From: Planctomycetota bacterium
GTDB lineage: Bacteria > Planctomycetota > B15-G4 > JADJEK01
Assembly (NCBI GenBank): GCA_044225365.1
Contig: JBGAIQ010000014.1
Coordinates: 80,122-144,121 of the forward strand
Direction of reading: 5' to 3'
DNA: 64,000 nt
Shown one piece after another: positions 1 through 12,655 of this stretch. The notes under the pieces were generated by a model. That model was given only the letters and a program-made list of their open reading frames with translations. It was not told where the DNA came from and made no database searches. How positions within the stretch are numbered: position 1 is the first letter of the stretch; the number at the start of each line of letters is the position of its first letter. The position numbers were made by a program, and so were the translations under genes.

Positions 1-1
1 G

Positions 2-2650
<2,649 letters not shown>

Positions 2651-2654
2651 CGCC

Positions 2655-4136
2655 ATGGTCGATTCGATGAAGCCGAGAGATCCCATCGAAGAACGCCAGC
2701 TCGCATTCACGCGACGGCGCTTCTTCTCGAAGACGCTGAAGACGGCGGCGAGCGGGCTCGGCGCTGCCGCGCTGTCGTCGCTCCTCGTTCCGTCGCTGGC
2801 TCGCGGCAAGGAACTCGACGGAACATTGCGGGGCCCCCACTACAAAGCGCGGGCGAAACGCGTGATCTACCTCCACATGGAGGGCGCTCCGAGTCAGCTC
2901 GACCTCTTCGACTACAAGCCTCGGCTTCGCGATCGATTCGACGAGGATCTCCCCGATTCGATTCGTCAGGGTCAACGCCTCACCGGGATGACGAGCGGAC
3001 AAGCGCGCTTCCCGATCGCGCCGTCGATGTTCCGATTCAGCCGTTACCCGAACGCGCAGGACGGCGCGTGGGTCAGCGAATTGATGCCGCACACCGGTGC
3101 GATGGCGAAGCACCTCTGCTTCATCCACTCCATGCACACCGACGCGATCAATCACGAGCCGGGCATCACCTTCTTCCAGACCGGCAATCAGCAGCCCGGA
3201 CGACCGTCGTTCGGCGCGTGGGTGAGTTACGGCCTCGGCAGCGCGAACGCAAATCTGCCGACGTTCGTCGTCCTGATCACGCAAGGCGTCGGCAACATGC
3301 AAGCGCTCTCCGCGCGCTTCTGGGGCAGCGGATTCCTGCCGAGCGAGCATCAGGGCTGCAAGCTGCGCAGCGCCGCCGACCCGGTGCTCTATCTCCACGA
3401 TCCCGCGGGCGTCTCCCGCGAGGATCGAAGGCGCTTCCTCGACGTCGTCGCGAAGATCAACGAGCGTGAAGCCGCGCGCGAACTCGATCCCGAGATCGAC
3501 ACGCGCATCGCGCAAGCCGAGATGGCGTATCGCATGCAGATGTCCGTGCCCGAGCTCACCGACTTCTCGAGCGAGGACGACGCGACGCTCGACATGTATG
3601 GCCCCGACGTACGGAAGCCGGGCACGTTCGCCGCGAACTGCCTGCTCGCGCGACGACTCGCCGAACGCGGCGTGCGATTCATCCAGCTCTACATGCGCGG
3701 CTGGGATCAACACGGCAATCTGCCGAACGAGATCCGCGCGCAGGCGGGATTCGTCGACCAGCCACAGGCCGCGCTCGTCGAGGACCTGCGCCGCCGCGGG
3801 CTGCTCGACGACACGCTCGTCCTGTGGTCCGGCGAGTTCGGCCGCACGGTCTACAGCCAGGGCACGCTGACCAAGGACAACTACGGTCGCGATCACCACC
3901 CGCGCTGCTTCAGCAATTGGCTCGCGGGCGGCGGTATCAAGCCGGGGATCTCGTACGGCAAGACCGACGACTACGGGTACAACATCGTCGAGGATCCGGT
4001 CGACGTGCACGATCTCCACGCGACGTTGCTGCACCTCCTCGGGTTCGACCACGAGCGACTCACGTATCGATATCAGGGCCGCGACTTCCGCCTCACGGAC
4101 GTGTTCGGCAAGCCGTTGAAGCCCCTCCTCGCCTGA
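2655..4136 (+). CDS. DUF1501 domain protein (sulfatase-like fold), Tat signal
   Basis: TRRRFF twin-arginine motif; AKRVIYLHMEGAPSQLDLFDYKP, GWDQH, GEFGRT, GRDHHP motifs; usual partner of DUF1553 genes. Confidence 0.92.
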   Translation: MVDSMKPRDPIEERQLAFTRRRFFSKTLKTAASGLGAAALSSLLVPSLARGKELDGTLRGPHYKARAKRVIYLHMEGAPSQLDLFDYKPRLRDRFDEDLPDSIRQGQRLTGMTSGQARFPIAPSMFRFSRYPNAQDGAWVSELMPHTGAMAKHLCFIHSMHTDAINHEPGITFFQTGNQQPGRPSFGAWVSYGLGSANANLPTFVVLITQGVGNMQALSARFWGSGFLPSEHQGCKLRSAADPVLYLHDPAGVSREDRRRFLDVVAKINEREAARELDPEIDTRIAQAEMAYRMQMSVPELTDFSSEDDATLDMYGPDVRKPGTFAANCLLARRLAERGVRFIQLYMRGWDQHGNLPNEIRAQAGFVDQPQAALVEDLRRRGLLDDTLVLWSGEFGRTVYSQGTLTKDNYGRDHHPRCFSNWLAGGGIKPGISYGKTDDYGYNIVEDPVDVHDLHATLLHLLGFDHERLTYRYQGRDFRLTDVFGKPLKPLLA

Positions 4137-4145
4137 CGAGCCACC

Positions 4146-5717
4146 ATGAACTCGAGCGCTCTTTCCATCGTGGGCGATGTCTTCGGCCGGTTCCACCCAC
4201 TCGTGCTGCATCTGCCGATCGGTTTGCTCGCTGGCCTCGCCCTTCTCGAACTGCGCGCGTTCGTGACTCGCACCGCGACACCGCGAAGCATGTTTCGATT
4301 CGTCGCCGCAGCGAGCGCGCTGTTCGCCATCGCATCCGCGGGGACGGGCCTCCTACTCGCGCGTAGCGACGAGATGACGAACACGCTCTATCTCCATCGA
4401 GCGCTCGGCATCGCAGTCGCCGCGCTCGCGAGTACGCTCGCCCTTGCCGCGCGCGCACGGACCGGTGAGATCGCGCCCCGCGGATTCGGGCTCGAACGAG
4501 CGCTCCTCGCGGTCACGCTTCTCGCACTCGTTCCTGCGGGACACCTCGGCGCCACGCTCACGCATGGTGAGAATTTTCTGTTCGCGCCCTTCTCTGCGCC
4601 GACTCGCGCCGAATCCTCCCTCGCCGAGGCAAAATCCGACGGGCCGAAGACACTCGTTCACGCCGACATCGCCCAGCTCCTCGACAAGTACTGCGTCGAG
4701 TGCCACGGTGGATCGAAGAAGAAGGGCGGGCTGCGACTCGACACGCACGAATCGATCGAGAAGGGCGGCAAGCATGGCGCCGTCGTTTTGGCCGGCGATG
4801 CCGAGAAGAGCGAACTCGTTCTCCGCATGCGAATTCCCTCGAGCGACGACGATCACATGCCGCCGCCCGAGAAGCCGCAACCGAAGCCCGAGGAAATCGA
4901 CGCGATCGCCGCGTGGGTGAAGGCGGGAGCCCGGTTCGGCGGCGAAGTCGCGGTCGTGGCGACGCAGGGGAAGGCGAAGCCGTCCCCCGACGTGAAGAAG
5001 GCTCCCGACGCAGGAGCGATCGCGGCGCTGCGCGAGCGCCTCGTCCACGTCGAATCGGAAGGCGAGGGCGATCCGCTCATCAGCGTCGACTTCGCCGCCA
5101 TCGCGGAAAAGATCACCGACGCCGATTTCACGGCGCTGATCTCTCCGCTCGCGGACTCCATCGCGGACCTCTCGATCGCACGAACCAAGGTGACGGACGC
5201 CGCGATGACCCTCGTCGCGCGCATGCCGAACCTGGAGCGCCTCGACCTGCGGGGCACCGCAATCACCTCCGCCGGCCTCGCCGCGCTCTCCAAGCACGAG
5301 AAGCTCTCGGAACTCATCGTCGCGCAAGGCAGGCTCGACGACGCCGCGAACGCAACGCTCCTCGCCATGCCGGCGCTCCGCACGGTCCATCTCTGGAAGT
5401 CCGGAATCTCGGACGACGCCGTTTCGAAGCTCCGCGCCGCGCGCCCGGATGTCGCCTTCGATGCGGGCGACGGCGGTCCCGTCGCCGCGGCCGAAGTCGA
5501 ACCGCTCGTCGAACTCGGCAAGAAGCCGGAGAAGAAGCCGATTCCCGAACCCGTCGCTGCGTTGATCGCGATCAACGCCACGTGCCCGGTCTCGGGCGCT
5601 CCGGTCGACGCCAATTTCCGCGTCGTGTACGACGGCAAGGTCGTGGGCTTCTGCTGCGAGAAGTGCGCCGCCAAATTCCTCGCCGACCCGAAGGCGTACG
5701 CGGCGAAGCTGCAATAG
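4146..5717 (+). CDS. Membrane protein: DUF2231-like TM region + planctomycete cytochrome c + LRR + C-terminal YHS-like domain
   Basis: GRFHPLVLHLPIG and GHLGATLTHG membrane motifs; CVECH heme motif with KGGLRLD and HMPP; LRR-like repeats (LERLDLRGTAIT); C-terminal CPVSG...GFCCEKC. Confidence 0.85.
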   Translation: MNSSALSIVGDVFGRFHPLVLHLPIGLLAGLALLELRAFVTRTATPRSMFRFVAAASALFAIASAGTGLLLARSDEMTNTLYLHRALGIAVAALASTLALAARARTGEIAPRGFGLERALLAVTLLALVPAGHLGATLTHGENFLFAPFSAPTRAESSLAEAKSDGPKTLVHADIAQLLDKYCVECHGGSKKKGGLRLDTHESIEKGGKHGAVVLAGDAEKSELVLRMRIPSSDDDHMPPPEKPQPKPEEIDAIAAWVKAGARFGGEVAVVATQGKAKPSPDVKKAPDAGAIAALRERLVHVESEGEGDPLISVDFAAIAEKITDADFTALISPLADSIADLSIARTKVTDAAMTLVARMPNLERLDLRGTAITSAGLAALSKHEKLSELIVAQGRLDDAANATLLAMPALRTVHLWKSGISDDAVSKLRAARPDVAFDAGDGGPVAAAEVEPLVELGKKPEKKPIPEPVAALIAINATCPVSGAPVDANFRVVYDGKVVGFCCEKCAAKFLADPKAYAAKLQ

Positions 5718-5753
5718 AAACGCGCGGAGGCGACGAGATGCCGCCTCCGCGCG
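5718..5753. terminator. Probable bidirectional terminator hairpin between convergent genes
   Basis: 12-bp perfect stem CGCGCGGAGGCG (5721-5732)/CGCCTCCGCGCG (5742-5753), flanked by AAA (short U tract on the minus strand). Confidence 0.7.
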
Positions 5754-5771
5754 CTGCCTCTCATGCGTCGG

Positions 5772-7706
5772 TCAGAACTTGCTGGCCTTGAGGTAACTCC
5801 CCGCCTGAACCGTCGTCGTCGTTCCGGCGGACGCAGTGTTCTGCGCCCACTGCATACGAACCGTGCCCGCCGTCGCTCCGGTGACCACCATTCCGCGGAT
5901 CAGGCCCATGTCCGCAGGTAGGCCGCCGAACAGGTACATCGGGATCGCCGAGCCCCCGGCGGCAACGACGAACTGATCGAATCCGTTGTTGTCGTTGGTC
6001 CCGACGAGGGACCATTTGATCGTCGCGCCGGCCGGAATGGTGAAGGCGATCTTGAGGTTCGGGGTCGCGTTCGAGGCAAAGGCAGAGACGAACACGTCGA
6101 ATCCCCAGGCCTCATTCGCACCGACCGCGAACGACAGCTCGTCATCGTTTTGGAGTGCGGCACTGTTCGCGACCACTTCATCCACGGTCTTGCGGACCTT
6201 CGTGTCGCCCGGACCCGCTGGACCCTGAGGCCCCTGCGGACCTTGCGGGCCCACTGGGCCTTGCGGACCCGTCGCGCCGGTGATGCCCTGTGGGCCTTGC
6301 GGACCTGCGGGGCCCGTTGGACCCGTCGCCCCGGTCGCTCCGGTCAAACCGATCGGACCCACGTCGCCCTGAACTCCCTGCGGACCCGTCGCTCCTTGCG
6401 GGCCTTGCGGTCCAGCCGCGCCTGCGGGGCCCACGTCACCTTGCGGACCTTGGGGGCCTTCCGGACCTTGCGGGCCGACCGAACCCGTTGCTCCGGTGTC
6501 GCCCTGCGGGCCCTGTGGGCCTTGCGGGCCGGCTGCGCCTGCGGGGCCCACGTCACCTTGCGGACCTTGGGGACCGGCTGGACCTGTCGCACCCGTCGCG
6601 CCCGTATCGCCCTGCGGGCCCTGTGGACCTTGCGGTCCGGCTGCGCCGACGGGGCCCACGTCACCTTGCGGACCTTGGGGACCGGCTGGACCCGTCGCGC
6701 CCGTCGCGCCCGTGTCGCCCTGCGGGCCCTGTGGACCTTGCGGTCCGGCTGCGCCGACGGGACCCACTTCGCCTTGCGGACCTTGAGGGCCGGCTGGACC
6801 TGTCGCACCCGTCGCGCCCGTGTCGCCCTGCGGGCCTTGCGGACCCTGCGGTCCAGTTGCGCCGACGGGGCCCGCTTCGCCTTGGGGACCTGTCGCACCC
6901 GTCGCGCCCGTGTCGCCCTGCGGACCTTGCGGACCCGTCGCGCCGGTGTCGCCCTGCGGACCTTGCGCACCCGTTGCGCCGGTGTCGCCCTGCGGACCTT
7001 GCGGACCCTGCGGTCCAGTTGCGCCGACGGGGCCCACTTCGCCTTGGGGACCTGTCGCACCCGTCGCGCCCGTGTCGCCCTGCGGACCTTGCGGACCCTG
7101 CGGTCCAGTTGCGCCGACGGGGCCCACTTCACCTTGCGGCCCCTGGGGACCCGTTGCCCCAGTTGCGCCGGTGTCGCCCTGCGGACCCTGCGGACCCATC
7201 GGGCCGATCGGGCCCTGCGGACCCTGCAGCCCCGTCGCACTACCGACCCAGTTGCCGTTCTCGTCGATCACGAGCAGGCCATTGATCGAGACGCTCTTCG
7301 GGTGGATGTCGCCGCAGACGTCGCGCGCGAAGAGGGCGTACGGGACCGAGCCGATGAGCTGGCGCGGAGACATCTCGGGGTCCGTGCCGATCGTCAGGCC
7401 GAGCCACAGATCATTTCCGCTGCCGAACAAATTGCTCGGGAACGTGGTGATGGAACCGAGGAACGTATTCACGACGCCGTTCAGGGCCGTGACCGACTGG
7501 GTCTCCGTCCAAACCGGCGATCCGCCGGACGGCGAGTAATAAAGACTCGCCTTGAGCGAGATCCCCGGACCGTTGAGAGGCTGACCCGCGCCGTTCTTCA
7601 ATCGCGCCTGGAAGTAGAGAACATCCGGCGATCCTCCGTAGGCCACAGCGCACAGGGAGAGAGTGGTGGCGAGCGTCAAGCTCGCGATCAAGGACTTCAG
7701 GTTCAT
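5772..7706 (-). CDS. Secreted collagen-like triple-helix fibre protein
   Basis: Signal peptide; N-terminal domain ending SVPYALFA; about 113 Gly-X-Y triplets (7232 to ~6210); ~140-aa beta-rich C-terminal head. Confidence 0.92.
   Translation of the reverse strand: MNLKSLIASLTLATTLSLCAVAYGGSPDVLYFQARLKNGAGQPLNGPGISLKASLYYSPSGGSPVWTETQSVTALNGVVNTFLGSITTFPSNLFGSGNDLWLGLTIGTDPEMSPRQLIGSVPYALFARDVCGDIHPKSVSINGLLVIDENGNWVGSATGLQGPQGPIGPMGPQGPQGDTGATGATGPQGPQGEVGPVGATGPQGPQGPQGDTGATGATGPQGEVGPVGATGPQGPQGPQGDTGATGAQGPQGDTGATGPQGPQGDTGATGATGPQGEAGPVGATGPQGPQGPQGDTGATGATGPAGPQGPQGEVGPVGAAGPQGPQGPQGDTGATGATGPAGPQGPQGDVGPVGAAGPQGPQGPQGDTGATGATGPAGPQGPQGDVGPAGAAGPQGPQGPQGDTGATGSVGPQGPEGPQGPQGDVGPAGAAGPQGPQGATGPQGVQGDVGPIGLTGATGATGPTGPAGPQGPQGITGATGPQGPVGPQGPQGPQGPAGPGDTKVRKTVDEVVANSAALQNDDELSFAVGANEAWGFDVFVSAFASNATPNLKIAFTIPAGATIKWSLVGTNDNNGFDQFVVAAGGSAIPMYLFGGLPADMGLIRGMVVTGATAGTVRMQWAQNTASAGTTTTVQAGSYLKASKF
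6210..7232 (-). repeat. Coding Gly-X-Y repeat with a 108-nt higher-order period
   Basis: Near-identical units recur at 6496, 6604, 6712 and 6820 (36-aa unit [36 protein letters not shown]). Confidence 0.9.
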
Positions 7707-7782
7707 GACGCATTCTTCCTAGTCATCGGCGTTCCGTCGCGAGCGACGGTCGTCGAGTTGTTCTTATGATCTTGGTTTGGTT

Positions 7783-8649
7783 TCAGAGAATCGCGGTCGT
7801 CGATGCGTTCGTTAGCTTTCCCGGCGGGAAACCGGACGCGAAGATCGAGAGCGATTGGAAGTGCACGACGAGGCCCGACAAGATCGGGGCGACCGGCACG
7901 AAGATGTCGATGGAATCCACGCCCAGCGGACCAGGGTACGGCGTCGGCGGAATGAGTTGCAGGAACGGCACAGGGCCGATCAGCAACGTCCCGTAGGGCT
8001 TGGCGAGGATGGAGGTCGTCGACGTCGAAACGAACGTCGTATACATATCCCCGAGTGAGCCGTAGTTCGTGATATTGAGCGTCCCACCGAGCATCACGGT
8101 CGGCGACGTCGTGATCGCCGGCGTGTAGATGAAGCCCGTGGGATCGGTCACGGAACCGAAGCTATTCACCATTTCGACGGGCCGCTCGCCGACGAGACCC
8201 GGAGGGGTCGTGAACGTCGCAAGCGTGTTGGAGAGCACCTGCACGTCCGTCGCCGGTTCGCCGCCTACGAGCACCTGCATCGTTGGACCCGATCCGAACT
8301 TGTCGAAGTTCAAACCCGAGACGACAACGGGTGTACCTCCCGCGGTTCCACCGAAATTCGGCGTGATGCTGAAGATCACGAGGCCCGCCGGAAGATCCGG
8401 ATCGAAGCTCTCGAGGAACCCAACCCCCGCCATCGAATTCGTAGCGCTGAACGTGCCGCCCGAGACCTCTCCGACGGTCGAATACGCAATCCCATCGACG
8501 GAACACGTCCCGCCTCCGGTCGTTCCGAGACCCAAACCATCGAGTTGATAGTTTGGGCTCTGCGAGACCTGAGCGAGCGCGCTCGCCGTGATTCCCAAGG
8601 TCAATGCGAGCATCTGCAAGCCTCGCCTCGACCGACTCCTCGACTTCAT
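7783..8649 (-). CDS. Secreted IPT/TIG domain protein with conserved C-terminal domain
   Basis: ATG at 8649 after GAGG; signal peptide (MKSRSRSRRGLQMLALTLGITASALA); IPT motif SITPNFGGTAGGTPVVVSGLNF...GFIY. Confidence 0.8.
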   Translation of the reverse strand: MKSRSRSRRGLQMLALTLGITASALAQVSQSPNYQLDGLGLGTTGGGTCSVDGIAYSTVGEVSGGTFSATNSMAGVGFLESFDPDLPAGLVIFSITPNFGGTAGGTPVVVSGLNFDKFGSGPTMQVLVGGEPATDVQVLSNTLATFTTPPGLVGERPVEMVNSFGSVTDPTGFIYTPAITTSPTVMLGGTLNITNYGSLGDMYTTFVSTSTTSILAKPYGTLLIGPVPFLQLIPPTPYPGPLGVDSIDIFVPVAPILSGLVVHFQSLSIFASGFPPGKLTNASTTAIL

Positions 8650-8917
8650 GCTGACCTCACTTTCAAGGAAACAAGCTCGACGAACGTGGTCTCTCCCGCC
8701 GACGGTTTCGTCCGCCGTTGAATCGTTCCCACTCGTCTCGCCATCGCACCCGAAACCCACGACGCCCGCCCGAGTCACGGCGCGTCGTTCAACGAACTCC
8801 TCCGGAATCGCCGAAGGAGGTCCCCTCCGTCGTGCATTCGCGATGCTCGAAAGAGCGATCGTCCGGCACGACGGGATCCGCTCCTCACGAAACGACCCAC
8901 GCGGTGTCGCCGACTAC

Positions 8918-8933
8918 AGCAGTTCCCATGCCG
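8918..8933 (-). promoter_or_regulatory. Putative sigma54 (-24/-12) promoter for the IPT and collagen genes
   Basis: Minus strand CGGCATGGGAACTGCT: GG-N10-GC spacing, close to TGGCAC-N5-TTGCW. Confidence 0.55.
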
Positions 8934-9033
8934 CGCGGCGCGTTGCCCCTCCACCTGCGCCGATTCACGAATACGATCGTTCTCCGCCGCTCGAATTCGA
9001 TTTGAAACGCGACTCGGTCAGCGGACCCATCGT

Positions 9034-9059
9034 TGGAAAATCACTTTCCACTTTGGAAA
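9034..9059. promoter_or_regulatory. AT-rich palindromic operator/enhancer
   Basis: TGGAAA-ATCAC-TTTCCA plus a third overlapping half-site (TTTCCA-CTT-TGGAAA), 100-125 bp upstream of the sigma54 motif. Confidence 0.55.
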
Positions 9060-9090
9060 GGAACTGAACAACGCGTGTCCCCAACGCCGT

Positions 9091-9480
9091 TCAACCGCGC
9101 TCGATTCGATCTTCTTCACGCGGACCGGACTTCCAGGTCGTTCTTCGCTCGAGATGATGGCGCACGATCTTCTCGCGCAGTGTCGGACGACTGATACCGA
9201 GCAAGGCGGCCGATCGCGCCAGGTGCCCACCGGTCTTCGTCAGAGCTTCGACGATCAACGCGACGTCGAGTTGTTCGATGATCCAACGATGCGCATGCAT
9301 CGGCGCCGAGTCGAGGCTCGTCCTCGCGAGCGCCCGCAGCGTCTGTCGTATGTCGAGATCCTCGGTCCGCGGGGCGCCAGCTTCCGATTGGAATGAAACG
9401 GAGTGCCCGAGCGCGGACATCATTCTCTCGAGTTCCAAGGTCGTTTCTTCGTCGCCGTCGACGATGACGATTCGAGCCAA
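9091..9480 (-). CDS. Small Fis-type HTH protein with N-terminal receiver remnant (no AAA+ domain)
   Basis: AGGAGGGAGA before a TTG start; MARIVIVDGDE resembles REC beta1-alpha1; ALTKTGGHLARSAALLGISRPTLREKI is an HTH_8/Fis motif. Confidence 0.8.
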   Translation of the reverse strand: MARIVIVDGDEETTLELERMMSALGHSVSFQSEAGAPRTEDLDIRQTLRALARTSLDSAPMHAHRWIIEQLDVALIVEALTKTGGHLARSAALLGISRPTLREKIVRHHLERRTTWKSGPREEDRIERG

Positions 9481-9600
9481 TCTCCCTCCTTGAAGTGCGT
9501 GGGGCGCGGCGGGTGTAGCGCGGCTACATGTACCGACGCGCGCGACCGACGAATGAAGAGCAATCGTCGGGCCACGACCACTCTTCGTGGCGACGAGCGC

Positions 9601-11457
9601 TCAGGCCGGAGCGGTCGGAGTGATCGAATCGAGAACCGCCCGCACTTTCGAAGTCATTCCGCGCGGCGTGACCGGCTTTTGTAAGAAGAACTCGCTGGAA
9701 TGCAGGATGCCGTGACGAAGGATGGCGTCGTCGGTATAGCCCGACATGAAGAGTACTTTGGCGTGGGGCTGAGCGTCACGCACCCTTGCGGCGAGCTCTC
9801 GACCGTTCATCTTCGGCATCACGACATCGGTGAGCAGGAGATCGATCGGGATCGACGAGTCGGAGCAGAGTCGAAGCGCCTCCGTCGGATCCCGCGCTTC
9901 GATGACTCGATACCCCGCGCGGCTCAAGATCGATTTCGATACTCCTCGCAAGCTCTCGTCGTCGTCCACCAATAGAATCGTCTCGCTCCCGGATGCCAGG
10001 CTGGGCGCCCCGACGGGAGCGGGCTCCGCGGTGCGGCCTTCACCGCGCGGCAGGTAGATCTTGAAGGTGGTGCCAACTCCCACTTCGCTATAGAGCCAGA
10101 TCGCTCCCCCGCTTTGAGCGACGATGCCGAAGACCGTCGACAGGCCGAGTCCTGTGCCCTTTCCCTTGTCCTTCGTCGTGAAGAACGGCTCGTAGATCCG
10201 CGCCTGCGTGGCTTTGTCCATGCCACCGCCCGTATCGCTCACGACCAACACGGAATAGTCGCCGGGGACCATTTTCACGTGATCGATCGTGTACTCCTCG
10301 TCGAGGTGCGCCGTCGAAGTCGAAATCGTGAGCGTGCCACCGTTCGGCATCGCATCGCGCGCATTCACCACGAGGTTCAAGATCACTTGCTCGACCTGAC
10401 TCCGATCGACCAGCACGCGCCACGATGTCGGATCGAGACGGAAATTCAATTCGACGTCTTCGCCGACGATCCGCTCGAGGATCTTCCGCAAGTTGGTGAT
10501 GACGTCGTTGAGATCGAGGACGCTCGGTGCGAGCACTTGCTGGCGACTGAAAGCGAGGAGTTGGCGCGTGAGGTCTGCGGCACGGGTTGCGGCCTTCAAC
10601 ACCTCTTCGAGGGCGCCCCGATGACGATCGGCTGCGGGCAGGTCGTCGAGCACCAGATCGGCGTAGCTCATGATGACGGAGAGGATGTTGTTGAAGTCGT
10701 GAGCGATTCCTCCCGCGAGGCGCCCGATCGACTCCATCTTCTGCGCCTGACGGAATTGCTGCTCGGTTCGCTCGAGTTTCTCGACGGTCCGTTGACGGGC
10801 CTGGATCTCGCTCTCGAGTTGCTTCCTAGCGACGTCCGCGGCCTCGGAACGTTCCTGCAGCTTCGACTCGAGCTCGGTCTTCAGCTCCTGCAGTTCTCGA
10901 TTCGCGTCCTGGACCTCCCTGGCTCGTTGCAACACGTCGACCGCCATGTGTCGGGTCGCCGCCGACTGGCCCTCGTCCGATGCGCCGCGTTCGAGGAGGC
11001 GAATGTACTCCGTGACGTCTTCGACTCGGTGGATGATGAAATCAACCGCGCCCCTCTCGTCGAGCATGGGGCAATTGATCGGGCTCCAGTATCGCTCCTC
11101 GAAACCTCCGCCCTCTGTTTCCGCCCGCTCGATGTCGTACTTCTGAACCGCCATCGTGTCCGGGCGACCCGTCGCGAGAACCCGCTCGAGAGAAGCACGA
11201 AGCGTGGCGACGCCCGTCGCGTGAGCGTCTTCGGGATTGTCGGGAAACGCGTCGAAGATCTCGCGGCCCAGGAGATCGGCGCGGGTCCGCATCGTCGCGT
11301 CGAGGTAGGCATCCGTCACCGCCACGATCTCGAATCGTCGATTCAAGACCAGGAAGCAACCCGGCGCCGACTCGAAGAGTCGCCGATAATCCACGCCAGG
11401 GCTCTGCGGATCGGAAAGCAAATCGGAACCTACTTCTCTCGCCGGACTCGGACGCAA
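9601..11457 (-). CDS. Hybrid PAS sensor histidine kinase/response regulator (CckA-like)
   Basis: PAS_4 (VQKYDI...ERYWSPIN), H-box AGGIAHDFNN, N-box NLVVNARDAM, EPFFTTK/GTGLGL, receiver LLTDVVMP. Confidence 0.95.
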   Translation of the reverse strand: MRPSPAREVGSDLLSDPQSPGVDYRRLFESAPGCFLVLNRRFEIVAVTDAYLDATMRTRADLLGREIFDAFPDNPEDAHATGVATLRASLERVLATGRPDTMAVQKYDIERAETEGGGFEERYWSPINCPMLDERGAVDFIIHRVEDVTEYIRLLERGASDEGQSAATRHMAVDVLQRAREVQDANRELQELKTELESKLQERSEAADVARKQLESEIQARQRTVEKLERTEQQFRQAQKMESIGRLAGGIAHDFNNILSVIMSYADLVLDDLPAADRHRGALEEVLKAATRAADLTRQLLAFSRQQVLAPSVLDLNDVITNLRKILERIVGEDVELNFRLDPTSWRVLVDRSQVEQVILNLVVNARDAMPNGGTLTISTSTAHLDEEYTIDHVKMVPGDYSVLVVSDTGGGMDKATQARIYEPFFTTKDKGKGTGLGLSTVFGIVAQSGGAIWLYSEVGVGTTFKIYLPRGEGRTAEPAPVGAPSLASGSETILLVDDDESLRGVSKSILSRAGYRVIEARDPTEALRLCSDSSIPIDLLLTDVVMPKMNGRELAARVRDAQPHAKVLFMSGYTDDAILRHGILHSSEFFLQKPVTPRGMTSKVRAVLDSITPTAPA

Positions 11458-11554
11458 CCGAAACCGTGCGTCGCAGGGATCTCTCCGCCGCGCCGCACGG
11501 TCATTATGGGATTCGATCCCTGCCGTTTCGAGAGTCGTCCGAACTTTCGAGCGA

Positions 11555-12655
11555 TTAACGTCGATCCGTCGGGTAGAGCACGACCTTCATCGTCTCGTTC
11601 CTGCGGAAGCGGGCCATCGCGTCGGGGAATTCATCGAGGCTCGCCTCGTGCGTTACGAGGTGCGAGACGTCCAGGCCGGCGCGGAGCAGCCCGAGCATCT
11701 GGAACCACGTGTCGTACATCCGGCGCCCGATGATGCCCTTGATGTTCTTGCCTTTGAAAACGACCTCGCCGTTCCAATCGTGGAGCGTGAGCGCCTTCTC
11801 CTTGCCGATACCGAGTTCGACGAGATCGCCGCCCCAGCGCGTCATCTCGAGCGCGTCGTTGATCGCGTCGGGATGACCCGAGATCTCGAGTGCCGCGTCG
11901 ACGCCCTTCCCATCCGTCCTCCGCTTGATCTCCGTCATCGCGAGCTTGCGCTTCTCGAGGCTTCCGGTATCGAGCACCACGACGCGCTCGAGTCCCCGCG
12001 GGTGCTTGGCATTGATCCCTGCGGCCCACTTCTTGGCGTGCGCAACGTTGAAGGGATGCACCTCGGTCACGAAGACCTGTGCAGCGCCCATGAACTCGAC
12101 GACGGCCGCGGCCATCGCACCGATCGGGCCGTACCCGATCACCGCGATGTCACGGCCCGAGACGCTCGTCGCCTGCGCGCAGTGCATCGCGTTGCCGAGC
12201 GCATCGAGGAATGCACCGACCTTGAGCGGCACCGCCGCGCGATCGAGCTTGATGACGTTCGTCGCCGGAACGACGACGTAATCCGCAAAGCTGCCGTCCT
12301 GATGCAGGCCGCAGATGACGGTACGCTCGCAGGCGTGACCATTGCCGGTCTGGCAAGGGACACAACGCCCGCAGACGACGTGCATCTCGGCCGTGACGTA
12401 GTCGTCGATCGCAAAGCCGAACCCCTCGGCACCCGGGCCGAAAGCGTCGATCTCGCCGCAGAACTCGTGGCCGAGCGTGCGCGGCGGTTTCGCCTTCTCG
12501 ATCACCGTCGCATCGCCGGCGCAGAGATGTTTGTCGGTGCCGCAGATGCCGGCCGCGAGGACCTTGATCCGGACCTGGCCGGGCCCCGGCTCCGGAATCG
12601 GCACGTCGCGCAGGAGCTTCGCCTCACCGACGCCCATGAGCCGAACGGCACGCAT
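11555..12655 (-). other. tdh: Tdh moiety of the fusion (MDR-family Zn-dependent L-threonine 3-dehydrogenase)
   Basis: GICGTD, GHE, CGRCVPC-x7-C, LGNAMH, GYGPIG and KGIIGRRMYDTWFQMLGLLRAGLDVSHLVTH, closely matching the Tdh-type C-terminus (KGIYGREMFETW...GLDLSPIITH). Confidence 0.85.

Noticed and set aside
6150-7769. Long alternative-frame and antisense ORFs over the collagen gene (for example CGP repeats)
   Set aside because: Shadows of the Gly-X-Y repeat.
8680-8820. Glycine riboswitch-like words GGAGAGACC and CGCCGAAGGAG
   Set aside because: The two words lie on opposite strands and no CTCTCAGG motif is present.
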